A stretch of DNA of 64,000 nucleotides from Alphaproteobacteria bacterium (GCA_965228345.1 CBDDHH010000004.1:2620-66619); one strand, 5' to 3'; counted from the first letter of the stretch, positions 42,359 through 54,412 are shown. Notes: generated by a model from the letters alone, not told the origin. Made by a program: numbers and translations.

Positions 42359-42566
42359 TGCAGGTTCTGATTTACCCGCATCCAAGAACGCGGTCAGGTT
42401 CCATCCAAGCGACTACAGACATTGGTTGCATGATGATGTGCCTCTATCGCCTGAAAAGCAAAGTCTGCCTCTTGCCCGCAAAACGGGGAAGGTTGTGAGC
42501 CTTGAACGCTATCGCCTCAAAAGAGCTGGTGGGGTGGACGTTGCAGGGGGCGTGAAAGCCTAAATC

Positions 42567-42962
42567 GTGGCATCGACATTCAGATACAGAGACGTCGTGA
42601 TCTGCCGCTTTTCGGGGACGGATCCTGAGTTCAAGTCTGAGCATCCCGCTTTGATTGTCTCAACTAAGAACAGGGCGGGGCTCCCTTTTCTGGTTGTGCC
42701 CCTTACGTCTCAAGAACCAGTCACAACGGACCCAGCTATGGTTTTGCTTGAACCTTCCCCGCTACCAGGCAAGTCTAAGGCATGGGCGGTGGCGTCTCAT
42801 ATCTACGCGGTGAGCGAAAAGCGGCTAAAGCCAGCATATCAGCAAGGAAAGGCTGTTAGGATCAGCTTGGAGCGAATGGGAAAGGTGCTAAAGGCCATGT
42901 CGCTTAGATTGCCACTTACACCCCCAGAATCACTAAAGCCGCTCCCGAAGGAACGGCCTTAG
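42567..42962 (+). CDS. PemK/MazF-like protein
   Basis: DVVIC.F..PEF..HPALIVS...VVPLTS...VSEKRL pattern. Confidence 0.7.
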   Translation: MASTFRYRDVVICRFSGTDPEFKSEHPALIVSTKNRAGLPFLVVPLTSQEPVTTDPAMVLLEPSPLPGKSKAWAVASHIYAVSEKRLKPAYQQGKAVRISLERMGKVLKAMSLRLPLTPPESLKPLPKERP

Positions 42963-43451
42963 CAGCTGGGATCAAGTCCCTGGTATCCGCCCGTAGGGCG
43001 CTGGGGTCTATGCCCCTGGTGGGATCCACATAGAGCGTCACTAAGCGGCTGTAAAGGGGCGCTATGGCATGTTTCGGCGCATCCTGCGCCCCGATCATGA
43101 GGGACCCCCACCCCCCCTATTTCTTTTCCCTGTGAAAATGTAACTCCTCGCCCAGTCTCCATGCCCCAGGGGGGTCCTTAAAATTAGGGGGGGCACCCCC
43201 TAGCCCCCAACCCCTTTCGTTGCTGTGTGGGCTTGTGTGTGCGTTGGTGTGTGCAATCTTGCTCACAACTCAACACTTGGGGGCGCATCTCCTGCGGGGG
43301 CGGCCCAAAACTAGTGACGGTGGCGGCCCTAATGTTGAAAGCCGTAAATCTGTTGCCCCACAAGCAGGTGTCTCCTGCGGGGGCGTCGGAAAGACGGGGG
43401 CGTCAGATTGACGGGGGTGTCGGAAAGACGGGCGCGCGTGATGCAGGGGTG

Positions 43452-43501
43452 TCACACTGACACGGGTATCACACTGACACGGGTATCACACTGACACGGG
43501 T
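43452..43501 (+). repeat. Tandem 17-mer TCACACTGACACGGGTA x3
   Basis: Direct reading; preceded by the duplicated 21-mer CGGGGGYGTCGGAAAGACGGG (43378, 43412). Confidence 0.9.
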
Positions 43502-43998
43502 CAAGACTTTCTCCCAGAATTGGGAAAAACCCATGGCGGGCAATTTTCCCCCGATTTGATGAAAAATGACTTTTTGCCAAATTTGTCAAAAACCCCTGCC
43601 GTGGTGGACGATCGGCCTGGAAGGGGACTTTCAATAAATCTATTGATAAAGGGTTTTTCCGAAAGTTCGGAAAAAGTCTCCATGGGCTGGGGGTGGCGCT
43701 CTGCCACTGGTGGCGCTGTGCCACTGGCGGGCAGGGCTTCTGCACAAAATTGTGCGAAAGCTCGATCGAGGCGATCAGCCTGGAGGGGCTGGGACTTTCC
43801 CATAAGTTTATGGAAAACGATTTCTCGCCCATCTTGGCGAAAAGTCCCTGTGCCTGACTTGCTCCTGAGAGAGCTCAACGCTCACCAAAACGGGCGAGCG
43901 TCAACAGCCTTAATCATGGCTCGCCTATAGACGTTTGCCTATTTTTTGGGCATCTATACGCGCGCGCGAGGCGTCGGGGCTATTCGAGGCCGCGATTA

Positions 43999-44466
43999 TT
44001 GAAGGGGGAGAAGGTGACTAAGAGGGTTTGGAAAGCGCAGGAGGGCGGGAAAAAGCGGGGCCGTGGGCGTCCGCTAAAGTTTGACGGCCCTGAGGCGCTA
44101 CGGGAGGCGATTTATGCCTATTTTCAGTGGGTGGAGGACAACCCGCGAATGGTCGCTAAGGTGGTCGGAAGCGGTGACGTTGTAAGCTACCCAGTGGTGC
44201 GTTATCCGACTATGGATGCGTGTGCGGCGTTTATCGGCGTGTCTCGTCAAACTTGGCATGAGTGGGGAAAGGAGGGCCATAGGCTTAAAGAGGTTGTGGA
44301 TTGGGCCGAGCAGATGATCTATGTCGAAAAGATCGAGGGGGCGGCGGCGGGGCAGTTTAATCCCGCTATAGTTGCCCGCGAAATGGGCTTGGCCGAAAAG
44401 GTGCATGGCACGGGGGTTGTTACCGTTAACGTGATTGACAGCTACCTGGACGATGCGGGGGTGTGA
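43999..44466 (+). CDS. Terminase small subunit (P22 gp3-like)
   Basis: GRPLKFDGPEAL...YFQWVEDNP and KIEGAAAGQFNPAIVAREMGL resemble P22 gp3; start uncertain. Confidence 0.82.
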   Translation: MKGEKVTKRVWKAQEGGKKRGRGRPLKFDGPEALREAIYAYFQWVEDNPRMVAKVVGSGDVVSYPVVRYPTMDACAAFIGVSRQTWHEWGKEGHRLKEVVDWAEQMIYVEKIEGAAAGQFNPAIVAREMGLAEKVHGTGVVTVNVIDSYLDDAGV

Positions 44467-44873
44467 TCGTGCAAGGGCGCTTGTGAGCCGATTGCCCTTC
44501 GCTGGTGTGGGCTAAGGTGTTATAGTGAGTGCCAGATAAAGGCTTGTTCTTTTTTTGTTCTGATGTATTCGGAATGCGTGTCACATCGGTTCTCTGACGC
44601 CTTAACCTTTGCCCTCATGCATTCGACGCTGCGCCTTTCGGTTCGTGCGGAACGCAATCGCGCTATGGACAGGCGAATGCTCTTTGAGATTGAGGCCAAG
44701 AAAATTGAGGAGCACTTAAGGCGCTGCTATGATATTGAGGCGAAGGATGTTGATTTTAGGGATTGGGGTGATTCCTTTCTCTCGCCAAGGGAATAGGTGT
44801 CCTGAACATTTAGGTAATGGAAGATGGCGGCATTTTACCCGTTTTGTTAGAAGCCCCTAAGGGCGGCTAGGCC

Positions 44874-47800
44874 TTAGGTTGGCGGCTGTAGGTCTAGTAT
44901 CGGCAAGGTTGCAACGATCTTTTGGGTTTCGAGCGAAACGGTGATGACGCGCTGAAATAGCTTCATCGGGTAGGCGGGGTCTTTCATAGTCTCGTTGGCG
45001 TAGTCGTTTGCGTCGTTGGTGATGCCGCTGGCTTTGTCGGTTTTGACACCTTGGCGCTCCATGACCCAATCAAGGGCGGCCTTGCCGTTCACCACGTAGT
45101 CGTAAGCCTCTAGGGGAATGCCCGTGAGGGTGATCTTGTCGTTGTAAATGACGGTGGTTTTGTCTTTTTCCTTGCCGATTTTCCCAAACTGCATTTTTTT
45201 GACGCGATAGTAAGATACGGGATCGTCAATCGTGCGAGTTTCAGATCGCCCTGGGCGACCGTGAGGGGGAAGGGTTCGACGGTTTCATAGTTGACGTGCA
45301 AGTCGCCTAAGGCGCGGCCTGCCTTGGAAAAGGCCCAAAAATCTTGAGCGGTTTTGACGGGTGGGATGCGTGGCAGGGCCTTGGCTAAGTTGTTTTTGTA
45401 GCGGCTGCGGTAGTCGGGGGCGTGCAAGAGGCCGTAGATGTAATAGAACAAGTTCTCCTTACTAATCTGCTCGCCTGGGTAGGCGGCACGAAAATGAGCC
45501 AGCGCCGCATCGCTGATGCCGTCATGGCGGGTGAAACCCGTTTCGGGCGTCGCGGCAAAAGCATCCACGGTCTCGCCCGACTGCGGCGCGGGCTCATAGG
45601 TGTAAAGGGGGAAGCATTGGCCGTTACTCATATGTTGGAAGTCTGGAAGTTTGTTGACCATCAAGCAAGAAAAGCCTGCTTTTGCCCCAATGGCTGCAAC
45701 TTGAATGATCAAATTTTCAACATCGCGTTGTGGAAACAGCTTCGGCGTTTGATACACCATTTCATTTAATCGTCGATCAAAATACAGGTTTGACATGGTG
45801 AAGGGTCGATACGATGAAAGTACAAACGTTCCCGAAAACTCTAAAGAGTTTCGATTAGCCAAATCCCTTATCAAGGCTCGTGACCAACTTATCTCTTGTG
45901 TATCAAAATCAATGTGGTCAGCGGCGACAATCTTGCCCTCACTAGGTAAAGTTGCAAGAGTCAGGTTATAGGCCTTGATTGTTCTCTCAATACTTTTTCC
46001 CAAACCCTCGGTTGAATGATTATAGCACCAAGCATCTCGGCTTGTAACAACGCCTGAAGAGTAGATTGGAAATAAGCCCGTCTCAGGATCATCTTTGTCG
46101 CCAATGATTTGATAGGACTCAAAGTCTCGATCAACTTGATCTAGCCAGTCATGGTTATGGTCGGGTGTAAGTTGAGACCAGAGACCGCGTTTTTGGATGC
46201 CGTCGATGCTTCCAAGCTCTTGGACGATTTGGAGTTTCTGTTTTTGATCCAGATAGTCGCCGATATCGTGGAAGTGAATTTGGCCAATACGATCACTAGA
46301 ATCCAGTTTTACTAGGACAAAAATCGCGATTGGAGCGCGACTACCTGAACCAAATATTTTTCCACCTTCCCGCCTGGACAGTTCGCCTGAAGTTCGCTGA
46401 TTTCCCCGAAGATGAAAAATGTAAAGAGAAGAGTAGTCCTCAACCAAGCACTTTCGCAGCCCATCAGTGGCGTTGCCGTCGATCCACCCTGCATTGCTGA
46501 CGAACGCGACAATGCCCTCGTCCCCAATTCGATCACTGGCCCAGCGGATGGCGCGGATGTAGGAATCATAGAGTGCCGCTTTTCTTTTAGCCTTTGAATG
46601 TTCGGCGTAGGTGTTGCGGATGCGTTTATCGAGGCTAGGATAGCTCAGGTTGGCGGCATCGTCGTTGGCTTTTTTTTGGCCTGCGGAATAGGGGGGGTTG
46701 CCGACGATGACGCGGATGTCGCGTTGCTTTTGTTGGGTGCGGCGTTCGGAATTATCGGGCAGCAGGTTTTGGATCATGTCCCGCTCTTGTTCGTAGAGCT
46801 GGAAGGTATCGGTCAAGACCATGCCAGGGAAGCGTTCGTAGCCTTGGTCTGGGCTTAGGTCGTGGTAGGTCGCCTCAATATTGATGGCGGCGATGTAGTA
46901 GGCGAGCAAGACGATTTCGTTGGCGTGGATTTCGTGCTGGTACTTATGGGCCAGTTCGTCGGGGGCGATCAGGCCCGATTGCAGCAAGCGGGTGATGAAA
47001 GTGCCCGTGCCGACGAAGGGGTCGAGGATATGGACACCCTTTGAGCCTAGGGTCTGCCCGAATTCGGATTTCAGCACGTCGTTGACGGAGTGTAGAATAA
47101 AATCCACCACCTCGACGGGCGTATAGACGATGCCCAATCTTTGGGTCATGGCGGGAAAGGCGTTTTTGAAGAATTTGTCGTAGAGCTGGACGATCAGTTG
47201 CTGCTTGCCGTGGGCGGTTTTTATGTCCTTGGCCCGACGCTTTACGCTGTCATAGAATCTGTCTAGGCTTTCGGTTTCCGTCGCGATGTTGGTGGCCTCT
47301 AGCTGGCCCAGAACGGTTTGCATGGCCTTGGACACGGGGTTTTCTTGTACGAAGTTGTGGCTCTTAAATAGCGCCTCAAACACGGGCTTGGTGATGAGGT
47401 GCTGGGCCAGCATCTCCACCGCTTCGCCTTCGCTAACGCTTGGGTTAAGATCATCACGAATTTCGTCGAGGAAGCCCTGGAAAGCATCGCGGCGCGGGCC
47501 AGCGCCCTCAATGGCGGTTTTAATGCGGACGATGTGTTTTTGGGCAATTTCGGCGATGTCTTTTGACCATTCCTCCCAATAGTCTCGGGTGCCGCAGCGA
47601 TCGACCATTTTGGCTTTGATCGCCTTGGCAAATTCATCGAAGACAAAGTCTAATTCGCCCTGTGGGTGGGGGTGCGCCTCGTCGTCGGGGTCGCTGGCGT
47701 CGCCGTCGAGGATGCGCGGGTTGGTGGAGGGGCGACTGGGTAGGTCATCTACCACGGCGGTTGTGGCGCGTCGCTCGCGATCCGAAACGTCGATAAGGGC

Positions 47801-49759
47801 GATCTTGTCGCTGACGTCCTCGCCAAGATCAATTTGGTTGATGCGCCCTTCCAAGCGCTCGTCGTGGGCGCGCAGGGCGTTCAGGACACTCCAGATGACC
47901 TCAAAGCGCTTGTTGTTTTTCAGGGCTTGGGAAGGGGTCATGCCTGGGGGGATGGCGACGGGCAGGATCACGTAGCCCATCTTCTTACCTTCCGCTCGGC
48001 GCATGACGCGCCCCACGGACTGGACAACATCGATTATCGACTTGCGGGGATGTAAGAACAGGATCGCGTCCAGCGCTGGCACATCCACGCCTTCGGATAG
48101 GCAGCGTGCGTTGGAGAGGATGCGGCAGGTCTCGATGCCTGCGTCCGCTTTTAGCCAGTCTAGTTTGGCCCCCCGCGATTTGGCGTTGAAGGTGCCATCG
48201 ACATGCTCGGCTTCAATTTTGAGGGTTGGCGGTGTGCCGAGTGTATCGGTTTCTCGCGCTGTTTTGGCATACGCATTTGCGACGTGAAGGAACTCACGGC
48301 TTATGATTTTGGACGTTTTGATGTCTTTGCAAAACGCGAGGGCCTTGCGCATGGGCGCGGGGTCTATTTCTAGCTCTGCTTGCAAGTCTTGCTTTGCCAG
48401 GGCCTTGTAACAACCGACAATTTTGCTTGCGTCGTCTAGTTTCAATTCGGCGTTTTCATCCTCCAAGCGTTTTTGGATGGCGCGGCTTGCGGTTTCCTCA
48501 TCAACGGCTAGGACGATAACTTTATAGTCGCATAAGAGATCGTTTTCGACGGCCCAAGAGAATCCCCGTCGAAACAACTCGGGGCCATAGATGGTTTCAT
48601 CGTCCATGGAATAGACGTCCGCATCGCGGGTGTCGGCTTGTGCCCTTGCCTTTTCGCCGTATATCTTTGGAGTGGCGGTCATGTAGAGCCGCTTCTTACC
48701 CGCTAAGTAAGATTGATCGTGGACGCTTACAAAGGCGCTTTTATCTTGGTCATCGAGGGTTACGCCCGTTGTACGGTGCGCCTCATCGCATATGATTAGA
48801 TCAAACTCTGGAAAATTGTGATGCTTCTGGGCGTCGTGAAGCGCCGCAATGGACTGATAGGTTGAAAAAACCACCGTCCGCTGGTCGCTGGGGTTCTTGG
48901 AATACTGCTTTGCTAGATCTCTGCCGTTTGTGGTTGAGGGGAACGCCAGGTCAGATCGACTAAGGTCGGCTATATCATCGCTGTTCCTGTGCCTGCCAAC
49001 TTGGCCGTCTGAGCATACGGCAAAGGCCCGAAACTCGGTGCTTGCATCATTTTTCCATTCCGTAACGGTTTGGGATAGGAGCGCAAGGGAAGGCACCAAT
49101 ACCAGGGCGACCCCGCCAGGCGCGACCATTTCTTCGGTGATTCGCAGCGCGGTAAATGTCTTGCCAGTGCCGCAGGCCATTATCATCTTGCCACGATCAT
49201 GCTTGGCAAGCCCAGCCTCTACGGCCTCTATGGCGTCAAGTTGGTGCGGGCGCGGCCGCTTTTTTTCCGTAAAAACAATGGGCTGGCCTTCGGCATAGCG
49301 CGACCAGTCAATTAGGCTTGCCGCCAAGTCGCTTAAGCCTAAGCGACGAACCTCAATTTCCTGATCGTCGATCATCTGCGCGGCGTTCCTGCCCAGATCC
49401 CCCGCAGTGGTATCGACAAACAGACGCTCCACAAAATGGCTCTTGCCCGACGCCGATAGGAACGAGTCTAGGTCGGATTTTTGGATCGTATAATCACGGG
49501 CATAGAATTTGCACTGGATAGCGGTAAAGGCGCCGTCCTCTCGTCGTCTTGCCACCAAATCGATTCCAGCGTCGTTGCCAGGCAATCCTTGTGCCTTTGC
49601 CCAATCAGCATAGGGCCATACCTTATCGTAAAATTGGCTTTGGGTTTGGTCGTGCCGCAACCAGGCTTGCACAAGATTCTCAAACCGTGTGCCCTTGTCG
49701 CGCATCGAGTCTGCGTTCTTTTCCATTTGTTCAAGCAGCTTGTATAGGTTGCTGTTCAT
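44874..49759 (-). pseudogene. Type ISP restriction-modification enzyme (Mrr nuclease + SF2 helicase + m6A MTase + TRD), frameshifted near 45233
   Basis: IDLV..IQCK, ACGTGKT, DEAHRT, LSEGVDVP, QSVGRVMR, DPFVGTG, NPPY; C-terminus in ORF 44874-45194. Confidence 0.92.
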
Positions 49760-49948
49760 GGGTTTTGGCCTTCTCTTCAAAGAATCAGTGCTGGGTTGCG
49801 GACCTATGGCGTGGAAGTTACGAGCTGTCCAGAAAGAGCTAATTGAAGTTGCCTTTGAAGTCGCGCAACAGGGGGGCAAGATCAACATGCAAGAATCGTT
49901 GAATCTGGCCCCTGGAAGAGCCCACGTCGCAAATGTAAGCCCAAGCAA

Positions 49949-50413
49949 ATGAGATATGCATTGGCGTTGTTTGCCCTTGTATCGTGCAGCACCGATGCCC
50001 AAAACGAACGCGCGTATCAGCAAGCGCTTTGCTCTGGATGGGCCATTGAGCAACGTCTTTCCGATACTACTCGCGTTGACTGCGTCAGCAGCACACATGC
50101 GATAGAAGTTGATTTCAGCGACAATTGGGCAGAGGGGATCGGTCAGGCGCTTTTCTACGCTATGCAGACTGGCCTAGAGCCTGGGTTGATCTTGGTGTGC
50201 AGGCGGCGACCTGAGACCTGCCAGGGCCACCTAGGGAGGGTTTTGGCGGTTGTGGAGGGGTTTGGGTTGCCAATTATCGTTTGGGCATGTCAGGCTGATT
50301 CTAGGTCGATGGCCGAATGCAAATTGAGTGAATCAAGTTCATTGGAAAAGCCTGGGGGATCGATGTCCAGCAAATGGATGTTATCCGATAAGAAGACGGT
50401 CAGCCACTCGTAA
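49949..50413 (+). CDS. Putative lipoprotein with PD-(D/E)XK-like fold
   Basis: Lipobox-like LVS-C; E..L....RVDC....AIEVD...WAEGIGQALFY. Confidence 0.65.
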   Translation: MRYALALFALVSCSTDAQNERAYQQALCSGWAIEQRLSDTTRVDCVSSTHAIEVDFSDNWAEGIGQALFYAMQTGLEPGLILVCRRRPETCQGHLGRVLAVVEGFGLPIIVWACQADSRSMAECKLSESSSLEKPGGSMSSKWMLSDKKTVSHS

Positions 50414-50581
50414 GAGCTCCAGGCAAATTCGGGCGGGTGGGCTGGAAGGTGGTCCGAAACACGCAAGAAGCGTGCATCTCCAATGGTATCAATGGCTTAG
50501 ACAGTGATGTTGGAGCGGGTGATGGGGCGTCTGAAACAGCACTAATCGCGGACTCATCATCATGAAAATTCGTCGCGATCA

Positions 50582-51118
50582 CTAGGGGTTGCGGTCAGAG
50601 GGGGGGTAGAGGTTGCGGTCAGAGAGGGGGCCTTTCTTGCCCACCATCTTATCAAACTGCTCCTTTGGCGTTCCTTGGAGATACCAGTCTGCGGGCCTCC
50701 AGGGTCGTGTGATTTGCTTAGCTCGCTCTCTCTCTTTTGAGCCGAGCCATTTTGGGGGCATGTAGGGGTGCACAAAATGTAACAAGGTGAAGGCGAGCCC
50801 CGCAAGCGCATTAATTGCTAGTATGCTGGTCGCACTTAAACGCGTTTCAAACTCTAGGAAGGGAAGCAAGCAGAAAAAGCCAGACCATAAAAATACAAGA
50901 GCCGTGGCTACGATGCTTGCAAACGTAAGCTTGAACAGAATCCAGCCAACTAGGTCGCTGCCGAGTCCGTCCTTGACGATTTGGCTATTTTGTATTGTGA
51001 AGAGATAAAGATAGGGGCTGTAGCAACTTTTGACAAGCGCTCGAAAGGTGAGCGGCAAAGGCAGCCAACCTATTACGCAAATCACCATTTCGGCAAAGGT
51101 TACCTCGTCGCTAAACAT
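50582..51118 (-). CDS. Hypothetical membrane protein
   Basis: Three hydrophobic segments; 24-bp duplication (SDRN x2) at the 3' end. Confidence 0.55.
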   Translation of the reverse strand: MFSDEVTFAEMVICVIGWLPLPLTFRALVKSCYSPYLYLFTIQNSQIVKDGLGSDLVGWILFKLTFASIVATALVFLWSGFFCLLPFLEFETRLSATSILAINALAGLAFTLLHFVHPYMPPKWLGSKERERAKQITRPWRPADWYLQGTPKEQFDKMVGKKGPLSDRNLYPPSDRNP

Positions 51119-51559
51119 CTCGCGCCCCCCCCTAACTCCACATCCAAACCGCAACCATTCTTCCGATCACACGGAAGGACGTTTGCTCCTCAAAACTCAT
51201 TAGTTGCGGCCACAACCCTCGCGATACACTCAAGGTCGTGTTCTTCGGTTACGTCAATCGGCGTAGGAGAGCGTTTGACACGCTGCAACCGCCATTGTCA
51301 AGCGCCATGGGAGAATCTCGATTGATACACATTTCCAGCGCCATCGATTAGCGCGACGGCCCCCACAATTCCCAAGGGATGGATCCAAACTTGGGCCGAT
51401 CTCCCTGGAATAGATCCGCTCAAAATTGAGCCCGTCCCAGCGCCTCTATCTTGCTGAGAAGGCAGTTTTTGAGCCCCTCAACGTCGATCAAAACTATGGG
51501 CTAGGTGGTCCCGATTAGGGGGGCGTTGGGGTTTCTGGGTTCATCTATATGTTGACCTC

Positions 51560-51768
51560 TGCGGGATTGCGGGATTGCGGGATAAGAGCCAAAAGTCTTA
51601 CTGGTCGTAGGTTTCAGGGTTCTGTGTTTTGCGGGATAAAATACGGGATTGCGGGATAAGAGGCAGGTAATCCCGCAAAAGTGTTTTAACCCCGCAAGAA
51701 AATGCGGGCTTCAAAAGCCTTACTGGGCTTAGGTTTCGGGCCTTATCCCGCAATCCCGCAATCCCGCA
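51560..51768. other. Candidate replication origin (GCGGGATT iterons, direct and inverted)
   Basis: 27-bp perfect inverted arms 51560-51586 / 51742-51768 with inner iterons; directly downstream of DUF3987. Confidence 0.75.
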
Positions 51769-51783
51769 AGGGTAGATATAGAG

Positions 51784-53255
51784 CTATGGGCGCTCAAGCA
51801 TGTATCTCTTGCCGCCTCGCGGGCCTGAAGCACTGTAAATCCGTCCTGACTTTTCCAGGATTGCCAGCGCTTTTTCCGCACGTTCTATCTGACCCTTAAA
51901 TGGTTTTTTGAGGTGCTTTCCGTGAAGGTCACCAGCCGTAACGAACCCCTTATCACCAATAGCCTTGGTCAATTGCTTCATCATTTCGTCAGCATCGCTG
52001 GTTACGCGGGACTGTGTAGCAACCCCCATAAATCGCTTTGCCTCGTTCAGGTAGAACCGTGCCAGCGCTATCGCCGCCTCCATGGTCTCGATTGTGACTA
52101 GGGGCGTGTCGGGGCTTTGCCATCCAGCGAGGATCCCAGCAATTCGATAGGCCTGCTCAACAGACTTTGAGGCGGTGGCCCTAAAGTCCTCATACAGGCG
52201 GCCTTCCTGCTGCTCGGGTTCGACTTCATCGTAGTAGGCCTCAATGCACCTTTCGGCTTCTGGGGTTACGTCAATGGCACGGGGGCGACAAACGTCATCT
52301 TCAATGGGCAAGGGCCGTTCCATTAAAGCCTTCACCTTCTCAGCAAACCCTAAGACTATAGCCCAATCCCTTTTGTCGGGCTTATAGCGAATCCTATGCC
52401 CCGCCCGATCAGGGGCCTGAACCACAAGAAAGCGCGCAATGAGTCCTGTATTTTCTGCCAGCCCGTTCCCAAACAGTTTCTTAGCGGGTTCCTCTTGGCC
52501 TGAGAGTGCGACGGTAAGCCTGGGACTGGCAATGTAACTTGAGCCTGACAAGACCCGATCATTCCTGAAAGGGGAACCGTCCCAAAGGCTATTGAAGATC
52601 CCGAATGTCGCCATCGAGTTTTCAGGGGTCATGCTGTGGCCCCCAACGACCTTGGCGGCCTCATCGCTAGACAATAGGGCAATGCCGTGACCATTCGCCA
52701 TGCAAGACGTGGCTTTCTGAATGGTTGTGTCCTCAAAGACCCTCTGATCTAAAACGGGTTCGGCAATGTCCACCTCAGTGCCTGATTTTTGGCATCCTTC
52801 ACCGTCTGCTTGTGGGCCTTTGCCTCCAATTTGTAGGCGCTTTGCTTTTCTCGATCCCAGTCAAGGACTCCTTTGATTAGGTGTTTCAGGCTGGACGATT
52901 TCCGCTCTCCTGAGCCCGCAACAACAAAGGTATAGATTGAGGTAGGCACCCCCTGGCTCCACCAGGTCTTTACGTCATAGTGCCCCTGCATACATGAAGC
53001 GACGATAGCTAAGGTTTGGAGGTTGGCAGCGCTTTGCGATACTTGCGCCATCCGTGCAACGGTTTCTGCGACCTCTCTCAATTCTCCTGGCAAGCCTGGA
53101 TCAGGGTTTAGTTGCTGCTCAATGGGATTGCCCTCATTGGCCTTTAGAACGGCATTGTAGCCCTGTGGGTTGATCTCTCGCAGCTTGCTCATATCGGGCC
53201 TAATCGGGGCCGCATCGACGTTGCGAAGGTCAAACTTCTCTCGATCAAAGGTCAT
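51784..53255 (-). pseudogene. DUF3987/YfjI-type replication helicase-like protein, split by a 1-nt loss in an A-run near 52788
   Basis: AGSGERKSS, SSDEA, LWDG, GLIARFL; a sixth A gives ...AKKSGTEVDIAEP in one frame. Confidence 0.82.
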
Positions 53256-54412
53256 GCTGCTAGGTCTCCCCAATCCTGCCCGCTGGGGGCGCTTAGGATG
53301 GTGGCTTGACGCCCCGCGCTCTCGTACCGTGCCTTGACCTTTTCGGCGGCCTGAATGCCTGGGGGGTCACCGTCAGGAAAAACCCAAAGGTGTCTTATCC
53401 CCTCCACAAGGGGGAAGTTCCCTAGGTTGGTCGCGCTCAAACACGCGCACACATGGGGGACTCCCCTGGGAACAAGGCTTAGCCCCGTCTCCCAGCCCTC
53501 GCAGATAGCCAATTCCCTACCCACGCGGCCCCAACCTGTGACATAGACCCCAGCGCCCTTAAGCACGCCAATGGACTTTTTGCGCTTGCCGTTGCGCGGC
53601 CATGCCTTCCCGCCTTGGTCATCTATAGCGACGGCCTGAAAACCCAATTCCTCGCCTGAATGATGGTCCCTGACTATAGCGATCAAGGCGCGGTGATAGT
53701 CTGGCTCCTCACCCTTGGAGGCATAGGCAAAGTTGAATGCCAGGTGATAGCGCCAGTCATCCCTATCCATGAGCTGGAAGGCCTCAAAGCCCGCCCCTCG
53801 ATTGCACAAGTGGTTCATCTCTGGGGCGCACCCCAGCTCATCTTGAGGCCGCTGGGAAGGCTGGTCGGGGTCATCAATTACGCGGCCCAACACCCTGATA
53901 AGGTTTCGGGTCTTGGCAATCTTTTTGACCACCTCGCGGCGTTCCCTGACCTCCCTAGCCTCGATCTCTGCCCGATCAGGGAGAGGAATGATCTTGGAAG
54001 GCCGCCTCTGGGGTCTCTGGGCTTGCTGTGAGGGGTTAAGCCTTTCCTCCCATACAGGATGCCCTAGCGCTTCCCTTGCCCGATTGGCGAAGTCCTCTGA
54101 GCTCTCACCACATAGGGACGCGCCTAAGGTGACAAGGGTTCCGCTGGTATGCTTATCAGAAAAGTCAGTCCCCACGCCTTTGTCAAAGTTGACCGACACG
54201 CTGGCATCGCCTTTGACGCCGTATTCCTTGCCCCCTTGCTTGAATATCTCCACCCCTGCCAGACTTGCCCATAGGGCGGGGTCTGCCGCCAAGGCGTTGT
54301 TGACCTCGCGGGAGTTCAACGTAGGCGCGAATTGGCCCTTGCCTTTGGCGTCGGTGTTAGTAGGGTTTTGGGGAGAGTTCGTGGGGGGTGTTGCTTGGTT
54401 GCCGCCCCCCAT
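53252..54412 (-). CDS. Primase-like protein with C-terminal TOPRIM domain
   Basis: AICEGWETGLS, FPDGDPPGIQAA, GQDWGD. Confidence 0.85.
   Translation of the reverse strand: MGGGNQATPPTNSPQNPTNTDAKGKGQFAPTLNSREVNNALAADPALWASLAGVEIFKQGGKEYGVKGDASVSVNFDKGVGTDFSDKHTSGTLVTLGASLCGESSEDFANRAREALGHPVWEERLNPSQQAQRPQRRPSKIIPLPDRAEIEAREVRERREVVKKIAKTRNLIRVLGRVIDDPDQPSQRPQDELGCAPEMNHLCNRGAGFEAFQLMDRDDWRYHLAFNFAYASKGEEPDYHRALIAIVRDHHSGEELGFQAVAIDDQGGKAWPRNGKRKKSIGVLKGAGVYVTGWGRVGRELAICEGWETGLSLVPRGVPHVCACLSATNLGNFPLVEGIRHLWVFPDGDPPGIQAAEKVKARYESAGRQATILSAPSGQDWGDLAA

Noticed and set aside
42248-43501. Tandem repeats as a CRISPR array
   Set aside because: Units of 11-17 bp with no unique spacers, and no cas genes
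44563-44796. 77-aa ORF after terS
   Set aside because: No recognisable motif or clear RBS; cannot be supported from sequence alone
49760-50098. N-terminal extension of the 1662-aa ORF
   Set aside because: Overlaps the opposite-strand gene; recognisable protein begins at ATG 49759
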